From Coprobacillaceae bacterium (GTDB taxonomy: Bacteria > Bacillota_I > Bacilli_A > Erysipelotrichales > Coprobacillaceae): a DNA stretch of 32,000 nucleotides. The stretch is taken from positions 2,040,001 through 2,072,000 of the forward strand of contig OY780959.1 of NCBI GenBank assembly GCA_963675915.1, read 5' to 3'. The position numbers and the translations under genes were made by a program. Below the pieces are notes generated by a model. The model saw only the letters and a program-made list of their open reading frames with translations. It searched no databases and was not told the origin of the DNA. Positions 1-7,828 of the stretch are shown here, piece after piece; positions within the stretch are counted from its first letter, which is position 1, and every line of letters begins with the position of its first letter.

Positions 1-2
1 CC

Positions 3-239
3 GGATTCCTTACCCTCCCTCCAATTTCTTATGGAGACTCATGCTTTGATCTTTCGATTGGCTATGAGTATTTTGACAAGGATTCGCGGGATGAGTTTTT
101 CAATCTAATCGGCGCTGATCTGTCAATCCGAAAGAAATCCCGCAACTGGGCTTTATCAAAAGCATTGACTTCAATGAAAGATGACGAAAAATCGGCAATG
201 AACACCCTATACAATATTTTCGAAGAATATTATAGTTAG
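3..239 (+). CDS. 3' end of an unidentified CDS entering from upstream of the window (...MNTLYNIFEEYYS*)
   Basis: Frame is open from the window edge to TAG at 237-239. It is absent from the ORF track because no start lies in the window. A hairpin terminator follows. No family recognised by eye. Confidence 0.35.
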   Translation, partial: GFLTLPPISYGDSCFDLSIGYEYFDKDSRDEFFNLIGADLSIRKKSRNWALSKALTSMKDDEKSAMNTLYNIFEEYYS

Positions 240-294
240 TCAGTTCATTACAGTAACAAAATCAAAATCCCAATAATTGAGATATCTACCTTTA

Positions 295-334
295 CCATCG
301 CCTATTAATTTGAAAAGCGGCGATGGTTTTTTTT
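295..334 (+). terminator. Rho-independent terminator
   Basis: Inverted repeat CCATCGCC (295-302) / GGCGATGG (319-326) followed by T8 (327-334). Confidence 0.75.
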
Positions 335-388
335 ACCCTGATTCTTCTAACCGAAATGATTTTAAAAACCATCTAGAAATAATTTATA

Positions 389-446
389 TTTTTTTTTGCA
401 AGGTTTTTCCGCTTTCTATTGTATTAATTGTGAAATACTTAGGAGG
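389..446 (+). promoter_or_regulatory. Promoter-to-RBS cassette, copy A
   Basis: T-run, then TTGCAA (396-401), 17 nt, TTGTAT (419-424). Also GTATTA at 421-426 and AGGAGG at 441-446. Aligns without gaps to 4617-4672, about 40/56 identical, including the 13-mer TTTTTTTGCAAGG. Confidence 0.5.
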
Positions 447-454
447 ACAATAAA

Positions 455-889
455 ATGATGAAAATTACTATGATGACAAGTTTGGCCCTTTCGGGAGTTT
501 TAGGTGTTACCGGAGTGGCTGCTGCCCAAAACGAAAATTCAATTAATACCAATACAGCGACAATGGCTGGAGAAGCTATTGAAACTCCAGTAGCTGCTGA
601 AGTTGAAACTTGCAGCGAAGAAATGGTGCAAACTCAAACTATGACACAAACAATGGAACAAACTGAAACTCAACAACAAAATGCCTATTCATATGCATAT
701 GCAGGTGAAAAATTAGAAGCTTCTGATCAAACAGCAGTTTTGGAAGCGGCTGAATATTCATATAACCATGAATACCATAAAGGTGACGAAGATGGCGATG
801 GTGTTTGCGACAACCTGGATAAAAGTGATTGTGAAGAAGCGGCTAATGACTTCAGCTATAACGAAGCTGGTCCCCACAAAAATAAATAA
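455..889 (+). CDS. Small secreted acidic protein (144 aa) with one thrombospondin-type-3-like Asp-rich loop; paralogue of 4680..5063
   Basis: AGGAGG lies 8 nt upstream of the ATG. N-terminal signal peptide ends in VAAAQ. Contains a TQ-rich low-complexity stretch, YSY/SYNH motifs and DEDGDGVCDNLD. A terminator follows. Confidence 0.7.
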   Translation: MMKITMMTSLALSGVLGVTGVAAAQNENSINTNTATMAGEAIETPVAAEVETCSEEMVQTQTMTQTMEQTETQQQNAYSYAYAGEKLEASDQTAVLEAAEYSYNHEYHKGDEDGDGVCDNLDKSDCEEAANDFSYNEAGPHKNK

Positions 890-940
890 TTTTACTTTTT
901 ATAACAAATGTTTCTAATCAATATCAGGAAATGTTTTCCC

Positions 941-967
941 GCGGCCTCTTTCGAGGTCGCTTTTTTT
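941..967 (+). terminator. Rho-independent terminator
   Basis: GCGGCCTC (941-948) / GAGGTCGC (953-960), one G-U pair, followed by T7 (961-967). Confidence 0.7.
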
Positions 968-980
968 CGTTCTAGCACCA

Positions 981-1005
981 AAAAAAGAGCCGCTGGGCTC
1001 TTTTT
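981..1005. terminator. Bidirectional hairpin terminator (serves the minus-strand DUF951 gene)
   Basis: A6, AGAGCC (986-991), loop GCTG, GGCTCT (996-1001), then a T-run to 1005. Confidence 0.6.
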
Positions 1006-1052
1006 GCATCAACGGCATCCTCAATTGTCTGCCATTATCAATTTATATCCGG

Positions 1053-1238
1053 TTAATCTGAAGTTATCACTTTTTTCAATCTTTTCTCAAAATCTTTGCG
1101 CGAGAACATTACAATCGCATTGCACCCCAAACATTTGATTTTGATGTCAGCACCCATTCTGATAATCTGCCATTGGTTGGATTTCTTACAAGGATGGGGC
1201 TTTTTCATTTCCACGATATCATTCAATTTGTATTCCAT
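1053..1238 (-). CDS. DUF951 family protein (B. subtilis YyzM-like)
   Basis: 61 aa with LNDIVEMKKPHPC...W.IIRMGADIKIKC.GC...VM..R.DFEKRLKKV, which matches my recollection of the DUF951/YyzM pattern. Starts 2 nt after the folD-fusion stop codon. Confidence 0.85.
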   Translation of the reverse strand: MEYKLNDIVEMKKPHPCKKSNQWQIIRMGADIKIKCLGCNAIVMFSRKDFEKRLKKVITSD

Positions 1239-1240
1239 AA

Positions 1241-2887
1241 CTAACCCTCGTGTATTTTATAAGCTTTCAAGGTGTTTTCCAACAACATTGTAATTGTCAT
1301 CGGTCCCACCCCACCTGGAACAGGCGTGATTGCTTTAACTTTTCCTTTGACTTTTTCAAAATCAAAGTCACCGCATAACTTGTTGTTTTCATCTCGATTG
1401 ATTCCGACATCTAGAACAACAGCTCCGTCTTTGACATATTCATCATCAAGGAATTTGGCTTTACCAACCGCCCCAATCAATACATCAGCCCTTTTGCAAA
1501 CAGCCTTAAGGTTTTTGGTACGGCTATGAGCAATGGTAACCGTCGCATTTTTTTGCAATGCCAGCAAACTCACCGGTTTACCGACGATATTAGAACGTCC
1601 GACCACTACTACTTCCTTGCCTGTCAGATCATAGTCGATTTCATCAAGCATTACCATCATTCCTTTAGGAGTACATGGCACCAGACTATCTTCACCAAGG
1701 AACAATTTGGCAATGTTATCCGGATGGAATCCATCTACGTCTTTGTCGGGTTCAATAGCCCGCAACACTTTCGATTCATCGATATGACCCGGAAGTGGTA
1801 ATTGAACAAGAATTCCATCAACTGTTGAATCGTTGTTAAGAGCCTCGATTTCTTCAAGTAATTCAGTTTCTGAAAGACTTTCATCCTTTAGTAGCAACAC
1901 CGATTCCATCCCGACATATTCACATCCTCTTTGTTTATTGCGAACATAAACCTTAGAAGCCTGATTATCTCCAACTAGAATCACTACTAGCTTAGGGATT
2001 CTCTGATTATTTTTTACAATCAAATCAACTTCAGCTTTGATCTGATCTTTGATTTTTACCGAGATATCCTTCCCGCTTATTATCTTTGGTTCATTCTTAT
2101 CTTGAGGATTGAGAATTCGGCCCAATTCCAAGATTACCCCACCATCTTCGCTTGACTCGATTTCCTTCTTGCAAATTGCTTTGATTTCCGGAACAGCGTT
2201 AGCTACTGCATAAGAATATTTTGCGTAGCGGAGCATTTCAAAATCATTCAACTGATCGCCAAAAGCATAGATATTGGAACGATCTTCATTAAGGTAAACT
2301 GAAATTTTTTTCAACGCCTCACCCTTATTGGTCGTTTTTGGCAAGACATCAAACCAAGTGAATCCGCTGGTTACACAATAAATATCCTCAGGAATTTCCC
2401 GTTCGATTTCCTTTTGCACTTGTGGGCCTTTACCGTTTTCTTCATAAAAAGCCAGTTTGACAATATCATCATCAATATTATCATAACTGTCCACAAACAC
2501 ATAGTCACCGTAGAATTTAGTGATGACATTGTCAAGGTGCTGATAATCTTTATGAATATACGCATGTTTTGTTCCACAGACAACAATCATGCAATTGAAA
2601 CGTTTCAATAATTCCAACATATCCTTGTACGAATCATGGGCAATTGGATTTTCGTGAATCAATTTATTTCCATCATATATCAGCCCACCATTTTCTGAAA
2701 TATACATAATCTGATCTCTGATTTCTTCCGGGAAACGAGTGCACAAACGTTGATATTGTCCGCCCGAAGCCACCACAAATCGATCCCCTTTTGCTGTTAA
2801 TGACTCAAACAACTCCAGAAATTTATTATCGTAAGTCTTATCTTCTCTTAAAAAAGTACCATCCATGTCAGTTGCAAAAATTCGCAT
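1241..2887 (-). CDS. folD: Fusion protein: N-terminal Cof-type HAD-IIB phosphatase (about aa 1-260) plus C-terminal bifunctional methylene-THF dehydrogenase/methenyl-THF cyclohydrolase FolD (about aa 268-548)
   Basis: HAD motifs DMDGT (motif I) and GDQLND (motif IV). FolD motifs ILVQLPLP, DVDGFHP, PCTPKG, VVVGRSNIVGKP, PVPGGVGPMT. Single uninterrupted frame. GGAGGTG RBS upstream of ATG 2887. Confidence 0.9.
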   Translation of the reverse strand: MRIFATDMDGTFLREDKTYDNKFLELFESLTAKGDRFVVASGGQYQRLCTRFPEEIRDQIMYISENGGLIYDGNKLIHENPIAHDSYKDMLELLKRFNCMIVVCGTKHAYIHKDYQHLDNVITKFYGDYVFVDSYDNIDDDIVKLAFYEENGKGPQVQKEIEREIPEDIYCVTSGFTWFDVLPKTTNKGEALKKISVYLNEDRSNIYAFGDQLNDFEMLRYAKYSYAVANAVPEIKAICKKEIESSEDGGVILELGRILNPQDKNEPKIISGKDISVKIKDQIKAEVDLIVKNNQRIPKLVVILVGDNQASKVYVRNKQRGCEYVGMESVLLLKDESLSETELLEEIEALNNDSTVDGILVQLPLPGHIDESKVLRAIEPDKDVDGFHPDNIAKLFLGEDSLVPCTPKGMMVMLDEIDYDLTGKEVVVVGRSNIVGKPVSLLALQKNATVTIAHSRTKNLKAVCKRADVLIGAVGKAKFLDDEYVKDGAVVLDVGINRDENNKLCGDFDFEKVKGKVKAITPVPGGVGPMTITMLLENTLKAYKIHEG

Positions 2888-3040
2888 CTAGCTACACCTC
2901 CGTCAAATTGAATACAATATACCATAAATACAACCAAATTTAAATAATCAATACCGAATATTTTAAGTTGCCTTAAAAAAACACATCCCGAATACCGCTA
3001 ACTAACATGATTTCCCGCTTGAGTTGCGTTTAAGATGACA

Positions 3041-3066
3041 AAACCGGGACATGAAATCCCGGTTTT
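3041..3066 (-). terminator. Hairpin terminator downstream of the FAD-protein gene
   Basis: AAACCGGGA (3041-3049) / TCCCGGTTT (3057-3065). On the minus strand the stem runs into TTTTG. Confidence 0.6.
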
Positions 3067-3070
3067 GATC

Positions 3071-4489
3071 TTAATTCAGTTTATTGATGATTCCTCTGGC
3101 AACGACAATTCCGTTGGCACCGGCCTGAGCCAGACCTCTGGTCAATCCTGCTCCATCTCCTGCAACATATAGATTGTCAATTTCAGATTCGAAATGGTCA
3201 CGTACCTTTGGACGAGCCGAATAGAATTTGGCTTCAACCCCGTATAACAATGTATGATCATTGGCGATACCAGGTGTTACCGTGTCCAGCGCCTCAATCA
3301 TTTCAATGATCGATTTCATCGTATTGTAAGGCAGCACCAGTCCCAAATCTCCAGGAACTGCTTCTTTTAGAGTTGGTATTGTATACCCTTCTTTTAAACG
3401 TTTGTCAGTTGTCCGACGTCCTTTTTTGATGTCTCCATATTTTTGGACAATGACACTTCCATTGCTCAATTTATTAGCCAGCCCAGAAACTTCGTGCGCA
3501 TATTCATTTGGCGCATTGAACGGTTCTGAGAAAGTGTGCGATACCAGCAACGCAAAGTTGGTGTTGTCAGACCCAAGTTTTGGATCCTGATAAGCATGCC
3601 CGTTGGCAAGCATTGTTCCGCTGTGGTTCTCAACTACAACGTGACCGCTCGGGTTTGAGCAAAATGTTCTTACTTTGGTTCCGACCGATGTGTTATAGAT
3701 GAATTTACCTTCATACAGATTTTTATTTATTTCTTCCATGACGATGTTTGATGTTTCTACACGGACACCAACATCCACCTGATTGTTGTAAAGTTCGATA
3801 TCTTGATTCTTAAGAACTTTGGTAAGCCATGCTGATCCGTCACGTCCCGGTGCCAATATCACATTATCAGCTTGAATCTCGGTTCCGTCAGCAAGAATGA
3901 TTCCTTGACATTTTTTGTTTTCAACAATGATATCTTTGACCTCTTGCGAGAACACCATATCAATGCATTCTTTCAAATCAGCCGACATTTCAGACATAAT
4001 TCGAAGATTTTCTTCAGTACCCAAATGACGAACTTGCGCGCGCAACAATTTCAGCCCGACTGCATATCCTCGATGTTCAATATCCTTAATCGCATCAGTA
4101 TTCGGATCAGTGATTTCCTCGGTAGCCCCATGCTTAAGATACAAATCATCGACATATCTGATGACATCTTCGACTTCTGTGGGACTCATATAATCAGTCA
4201 ACCAGCCACCAAACTCGCTGGTGATGTTGAACTTCCCATCAGAATAAGCTCCGGCTCCGCCAAATCCTGCCGTAATTGAACAGGCTGGCAGACATCCTGG
4301 CATATTGTCTTTGATAATCGGACATGCTTTGATTTTCTTTTCTTTAATCGGACAGCGACGCATTGTAACATCCAATCCCTTGTCAACAAGTAAAATATCC
4401 AAATCAGGTTTTTTTAATGATAGTTCGTAACTGGCCATAATTCCGGCTGGTCCAGCTCCGACTATAATTACATCATAGTTTTTTTTCAT
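3071..4489 (-). CDS. NAD(FAD)-utilizing dehydrogenase family protein (COG2509-like, function unknown)
   Basis: N-terminal dinucleotide fold VIIVGAGPAGI, GFGGAGAYSDGKF, C-terminal GDGAG. Length and layout fit the FAD-dependent COG2509 family. Confidence 0.75.
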   Translation of the reverse strand: MKKNYDVIIVGAGPAGIMASYELSLKKPDLDILLVDKGLDVTMRRCPIKEKKIKACPIIKDNMPGCLPACSITAGFGGAGAYSDGKFNITSEFGGWLTDYMSPTEVEDVIRYVDDLYLKHGATEEITDPNTDAIKDIEHRGYAVGLKLLRAQVRHLGTEENLRIMSEMSADLKECIDMVFSQEVKDIIVENKKCQGIILADGTEIQADNVILAPGRDGSAWLTKVLKNQDIELYNNQVDVGVRVETSNIVMEEINKNLYEGKFIYNTSVGTKVRTFCSNPSGHVVVENHSGTMLANGHAYQDPKLGSDNTNFALLVSHTFSEPFNAPNEYAHEVSGLANKLSNGSVIVQKYGDIKKGRRTTDKRLKEGYTIPTLKEAVPGDLGLVLPYNTMKSIIEMIEALDTVTPGIANDHTLLYGVEAKFYSARPKVRDHFESEIDNLYVAGDGAGLTRGLAQAGANGIVVARGIINKLN

Positions 4490-4616
4490 TTATTTCTCCT
4501 TTTTGACCATCGAACATTATATGATATTTGTTCGATAAAATCAAGTAAAATGCATATAAATATTTAAATATGCCTTTTCATCTGCGACTATTCAAAATAA
4601 TTATGAGTTTTTATTA

Positions 4617-4672
4617 TTTTTTTGCAAGGATTTGGTCATTTGGATAGTATTAGTAGTGAATATACTAGGAGG
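4617..4672 (+). promoter_or_regulatory. Promoter-to-RBS cassette, copy B (drives the secreted protein / ECF sigma / anti-sigma genes)
   Basis: TTTTTTTGCAAGG (4617-4629). TTGCAA (4622-4627), 17 nt, TAGTAT (4645-4650). GTATTA at 4647-4652 and AGGAGG at 4667-4672. Collinear with 391-446. Confidence 0.5.
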
Positions 4673-4679
4673 ATACATC

Positions 4680-5063
4680 ATGAAAAAATTAACTATTGTA
4701 GCAAGTTTGGCTTTTGCCGGGATTCTAAGTGTAGGAACAGTCGCGGCCCAAACCAACCAAAACGAAGCATCATATAACCATAGCAGCGAGAACTTCACTG
4801 ATCTCGATAACGACGGGATTTGTGACAACGTTGACGGTGAAATGAACCAATCCAAATTTGCATACCAAAACAAATCAGCAAATAAATATTCAGGTGAACA
4901 AGGCAACAACGGGGAGTGCAATAATGAAAACTGTGAAATGAATGAATATTCTTACGAATATGATTATTCATACAATTACAACCACTCCGGCGAACATTCC
5001 GATGGTGCCGGGTCTGCCAAGATTGCAAATTCCCACCAAAAAGCGCATAATAATAGTAACTAA
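4680..5063 (+). CDS. Small secreted protein (127 aa), Tyr/Asn/His/Cys-rich, with one thrombospondin-type-3-like loop; paralogue of 455..889
   Basis: ATG 4680 lies 7 nt after AGGAGG; the track's TTG 4632 start sits inside the promoter block. Signal peptide MKKLTIVASLAFAGILSVGTVAAQ. Contains DLDNDGICDNVD, SYNH and YSYEYDYSYNYNH. Confidence 0.7.
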   Translation: MKKLTIVASLAFAGILSVGTVAAQTNQNEASYNHSSENFTDLDNDGICDNVDGEMNQSKFAYQNKSANKYSGEQGNNGECNNENCEMNEYSYEYDYSYNYNHSGEHSDGAGSAKIANSHQKAHNNSN

Positions 5064-5099
5064 AAACATTTAATTACACCAATAAATCGAGGAGTTATT

Positions 5100-5582
5100 A
5101 TGATAAGCGAAGAAAAATGTTCACAGGCTATTGAAGAATATGGCGATATGGTCAAAAAAATCTGTTTTTTGCATTTAAAAAACGATGCCGACACCCAAGA
5201 TGTTTTTCAAAATGTGTTTTTCAAATACGCTTCTCACGAGGCTCCTTTTGACAGCAAGGAACACGAAAAAGCTTGGCTGATCAGAGTGACCATCAATGAA
5301 TGTAACAACATTTACAAGAACATCTTCAAAAGAACGGTCGACATCGATGAGCTGCACCATCTTACAGGACAGTTTGATTTTCCCAATACCGATTTGATGG
5401 AAGCTGTTTTGAAATTGCCAAAAAAATATAAAGAAGCGATTTACCTTCATTATTATGAAGGCTACAACGCCAATGAAATAAGTTCCATTTTAAATCGGAA
5501 AGTAAACAGTATTTACAGTGATTTAAAGCGGGGCAGAGAAGTGTTAAGGAAAGAGTTAGGAGATGATTTTTATGAACAATAA
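5100..5582 (+). CDS. ECF-type sigma-70 family RNA polymerase sigma factor
   Basis: 160 aa with region 2-like DVFQNVFFKY...AWLIRVTINECNNIYK and region 4 HTH EISSILNRKVNSIYSDLKRGREVLRKEL. GAGGAG RBS 5 nt upstream. Lies 36 nt after the preceding gene with no hairpin between. Confidence 0.85.
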   Translation: MISEEKCSQAIEEYGDMVKKICFLHLKNDADTQDVFQNVFFKYASHEAPFDSKEHEKAWLIRVTINECNNIYKNIFKRTVDIDELHHLTGQFDFPNTDLMEAVLKLPKKYKEAIYLHYYEGYNANEISSILNRKVNSIYSDLKRGREVLRKELGDDFYEQ

Positions 5583-6342
5583 GTTCAAAGCAAATTTTGA
5601 CGCAATCAAAGCCTCAGAAGAATTGAAAAACACCACTTTGAACAGCATCTATAGCCAAAGCGCCCCTAAAAAGCGAAAAGTATTCAAACCACGATTGGCT
5701 CTGGCAACCCTAGCCGTATTGATTATCTCATTATTCTCATTCAGTTATATGAGCGATTCAAGTTCGGTTATGGCTCTTTCGCTTGATGGCGATATCGCAA
5801 TCGAGTTGGAAGTCGATGACGCCGACAAAGTTATTGACGTTGAAGCTTTCGACGAACCAGGATTACAGCTTATTGCCACAAACAATTACTTGAACGAAAA
5901 CTATGTTGAAGTGGTCGAATCAATCCAACAACAGTTCCAATCCCAACTTACTATTTCGGTCATTTATCGCAATCAAAATGCGAAAATCCAAAATTCTTTG
6001 GTCAATGCCTATGAAGTCAGCCAGGAAACCCAGACCCAAGCTCATAACTATGGAATCAGCTTTGGGAAATACCGAATCTGTGCCGCATTAGATGCAATTG
6101 ATTCCGATTCCAATATCGAACAATATTTCAATATGCATTATAATGAAATTCAAAACCAGCTTAAACTTAAATATCAGGGCCAACCAGATAATGATAATGG
6201 ACAAAACGGAAACGGTAGCGAAGCAACCGATGGGATCAACAGCAGCGATAGCGGATCCGGTTTTCAATCCAGTCAACCAGAACATCCTTATGGAAATTTG
6301 GAAAATCAGGCTGATAACGACACACCAAGAGCGCATAATTAG
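5572..6342 (+). CDS. Putative anti-sigma factor: single-pass membrane protein with extracytoplasmic domain and Asn/Gly/Ser/Asp-rich tail
   Basis: Overlaps the sigma gene stop by 11 nt. ATG 5572 lies 9 nt after AGGAG, whereas ATG 5563 abuts the RBS. Short cytoplasmic N-terminus, then TM segment LALATLAVLIISLFSFSYM. No HxxxCxxC zinc motif. Confidence 0.6.
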   Translation: MNNKFKANFDAIKASEELKNTTLNSIYSQSAPKKRKVFKPRLALATLAVLIISLFSFSYMSDSSSVMALSLDGDIAIELEVDDADKVIDVEAFDEPGLQLIATNNYLNENYVEVVESIQQQFQSQLTISVIYRNQNAKIQNSLVNAYEVSQETQTQAHNYGISFGKYRICAALDAIDSDSNIEQYFNMHYNEIQNQLKLKYQGQPDNDNGQNGNGSEATDGINSSDSGSGFQSSQPEHPYGNLENQADNDTPRAHN

Positions 6343-6374
6343 CTAAATATCCTGGGTTATTATAGAACATTAGC

Positions 6375-6415
6375 AAACTCCAAGCATAATCATTAGATTA
6401 GACTTGGAGTTTTTA
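6375..6415 (+). terminator. Rho-independent terminator of the sigma operon
   Basis: AAACTCCAAG (6375-6384) / CTTGGAGTTT (6403-6412) followed by a T-run. Confidence 0.75.
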
Positions 6416-6426
6416 TTATCCTCATC

Positions 6427-6471
6427 AAAAATGAGAACCGTTTCACTGCCCTGTGTCCGGTTCTCATTTTT
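6427..6471 (-). terminator. Terminator downstream of scrB (bidirectional shape)
   Basis: AAAAATGAGAACCG (6427-6440) / CGGTTCTCATTTTT (6458-6471). Confidence 0.75.
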
Positions 6472-6496
6472 GAATCCTTGATCATTACAATTTATA

Positions 6497-7828
6497 TCAG
6501 CAGTTATTATGATTGTCTGCTATCGTGAATCCAGCAAGATAATATCCTTTTACCCTGCAGTTACATTTGATTGTTGTGCTTTGATCATATATTCTAGTCG
6601 AGATTGATTTTACTCCATCATTGATGAATATTTCCAAAGATGTTGTATCTGAATATACCGTAAGTGATTCGAGAGTGTCAAGCTCCAGGATTCTGCTATC
6701 CCTACCCCGTCCTGAAGAACCCATCTTGAAACTCAATTTTCCGTTTTCAAAATCTATAATCACATCGTCACGTAATTCCAAATGAAAATCAGATTCAATA
6801 TTCTCGAATATCAGTTCATAACAGTTGTCTTCAAGAGTTCCGGATTCAATCTCAAACTCCCGTTTTCTCAATCTTTTCAGTTCTTCCAACGGTCGCTGTT
6901 TTAAGATTCCTTTCTCATACACAAGTTCTCGGGGTATCGTCAGACAGTGTTGCCACTGATTGGCGTTTTCGTTAATATAGTCAACATCCGGCATTCCCAT
7001 CCAACCTATCATTATCGTCCGATTTCCATCGTTGAATGTCTGGGGAGCATAGAAATCAAATCCGATGTCCATTTCGATAAATTCACCGAGCTTGTCATCA
7101 TGCACAACGAAATATCCATTATTGTATAGTGGTTGAAATCCATCTCCAGCCTGTGCAACACCCTGAGGACAGCAAATTAGGATTTCCTGATTATCCAGAT
7201 TGATATAATCCGGACATTCCCACATATACCCCAGTTTGGTTTCAGTCTCTAACCGATGGGAGAACGTCCAGTTCTCCAAGTCTTCAGACTGGTAAACCAA
7301 TACCAGTCCCCGATCTTTTTTGTTTCGTGCCCCAAGCACCATTTGGTATGTTCCTTTTTTTAAAAAAACCTTGGGATCACGAACATGACAGGTCAAGTCT
7401 TCGGGATAATCATCGTTAGTCAAAACGACAGTCTTTGGACTAAACGCAAAACCGTCCTCGCTAACTACGTGGATAACGTTTGCTTCACGGCCGGAGTTAA
7501 TATAATCGTATTCACCATTGTATTTTACGTTTCCGGTGTAATACAAATGCATTTTTCCATCAGCGATAAAAGCACTTCCTGAATAGACACCATCTCTATC
7601 AGCGGCAATATCCGGTTTTAGTGCAGTTTGATGCAACTGATAATTAAGATAATCGGTGGTTGTATAATGCCCCCATTGTTTAAGCCCGCCACTAGGATCT
7701 TCACTGTGTTGGAAGAATATATGAACGGTTTCATTGAACCGGCACAGGCCATTGGGATCGTTCAACCAGCCCATAGGCGGCATCAGATGGTATTTAAGAG
7801 CATTTTTATCACTTGGCAATTTACTCAT
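6497..7828 (-). CDS. scrB: Sucrose-6-phosphate hydrolase, glycoside hydrolase family 32
   Basis: GH32 signatures WLNDPNG, RDP (HVRDPKVF) and ECP (WECPDY). The ATG overlaps the scrA stop (ATGAGTAA). Confidence 0.9.
   Translation of the reverse strand: MSKLPSDKNALKYHLMPPMGWLNDPNGLCRFNETVHIFFQHSEDPSGGLKQWGHYTTTDYLNYQLHQTALKPDIAADRDGVYSGSAFIADGKMHLYYTGNVKYNGEYDYINSGREANVIHVVSEDGFAFSPKTVVLTNDDYPEDLTCHVRDPKVFLKKGTYQMVLGARNKKDRGLVLVYQSEDLENWTFSHRLETETKLGYMWECPDYINLDNQEILICCPQGVAQAGDGFQPLYNNGYFVVHDDKLGEFIEMDIGFDFYAPQTFNDGNRTIMIGWMGMPDVDYINENANQWQHCLTIPRELVYEKGILKQRPLEELKRLRKREFEIESGTLEDNCYELIFENIESDFHLELRDDVIIDFENGKLSFKMGSSGRGRDSRILELDTLESLTVYSDTTSLEIFINDGVKSISTRIYDQSTTIKCNCRVKGYYLAGFTIADNHNNC

Noticed and set aside
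908-1293. Track ORFs 908-1138 and 1096-1293 on the plus strand.
   Set aside because: They run through two terminator hairpins and lie antisense to the DUF951 gene and the end of folD. No RBS.
3872-4279. 135-aa ORF on the plus strand inside the FAD-protein gene. The same applies to 3402-3590 and 4198-4389.
   Set aside because: Antisense or out-of-frame shadow of a strongly supported gene. No RBS, and the composition is low-complexity.
4601-4921. 106-aa minus-strand ORF overlapping the secreted-protein gene and its promoter.
   Set aside because: The plus-strand gene has an RBS, a signal peptide and a paralogue. The minus-strand frame has none of these.
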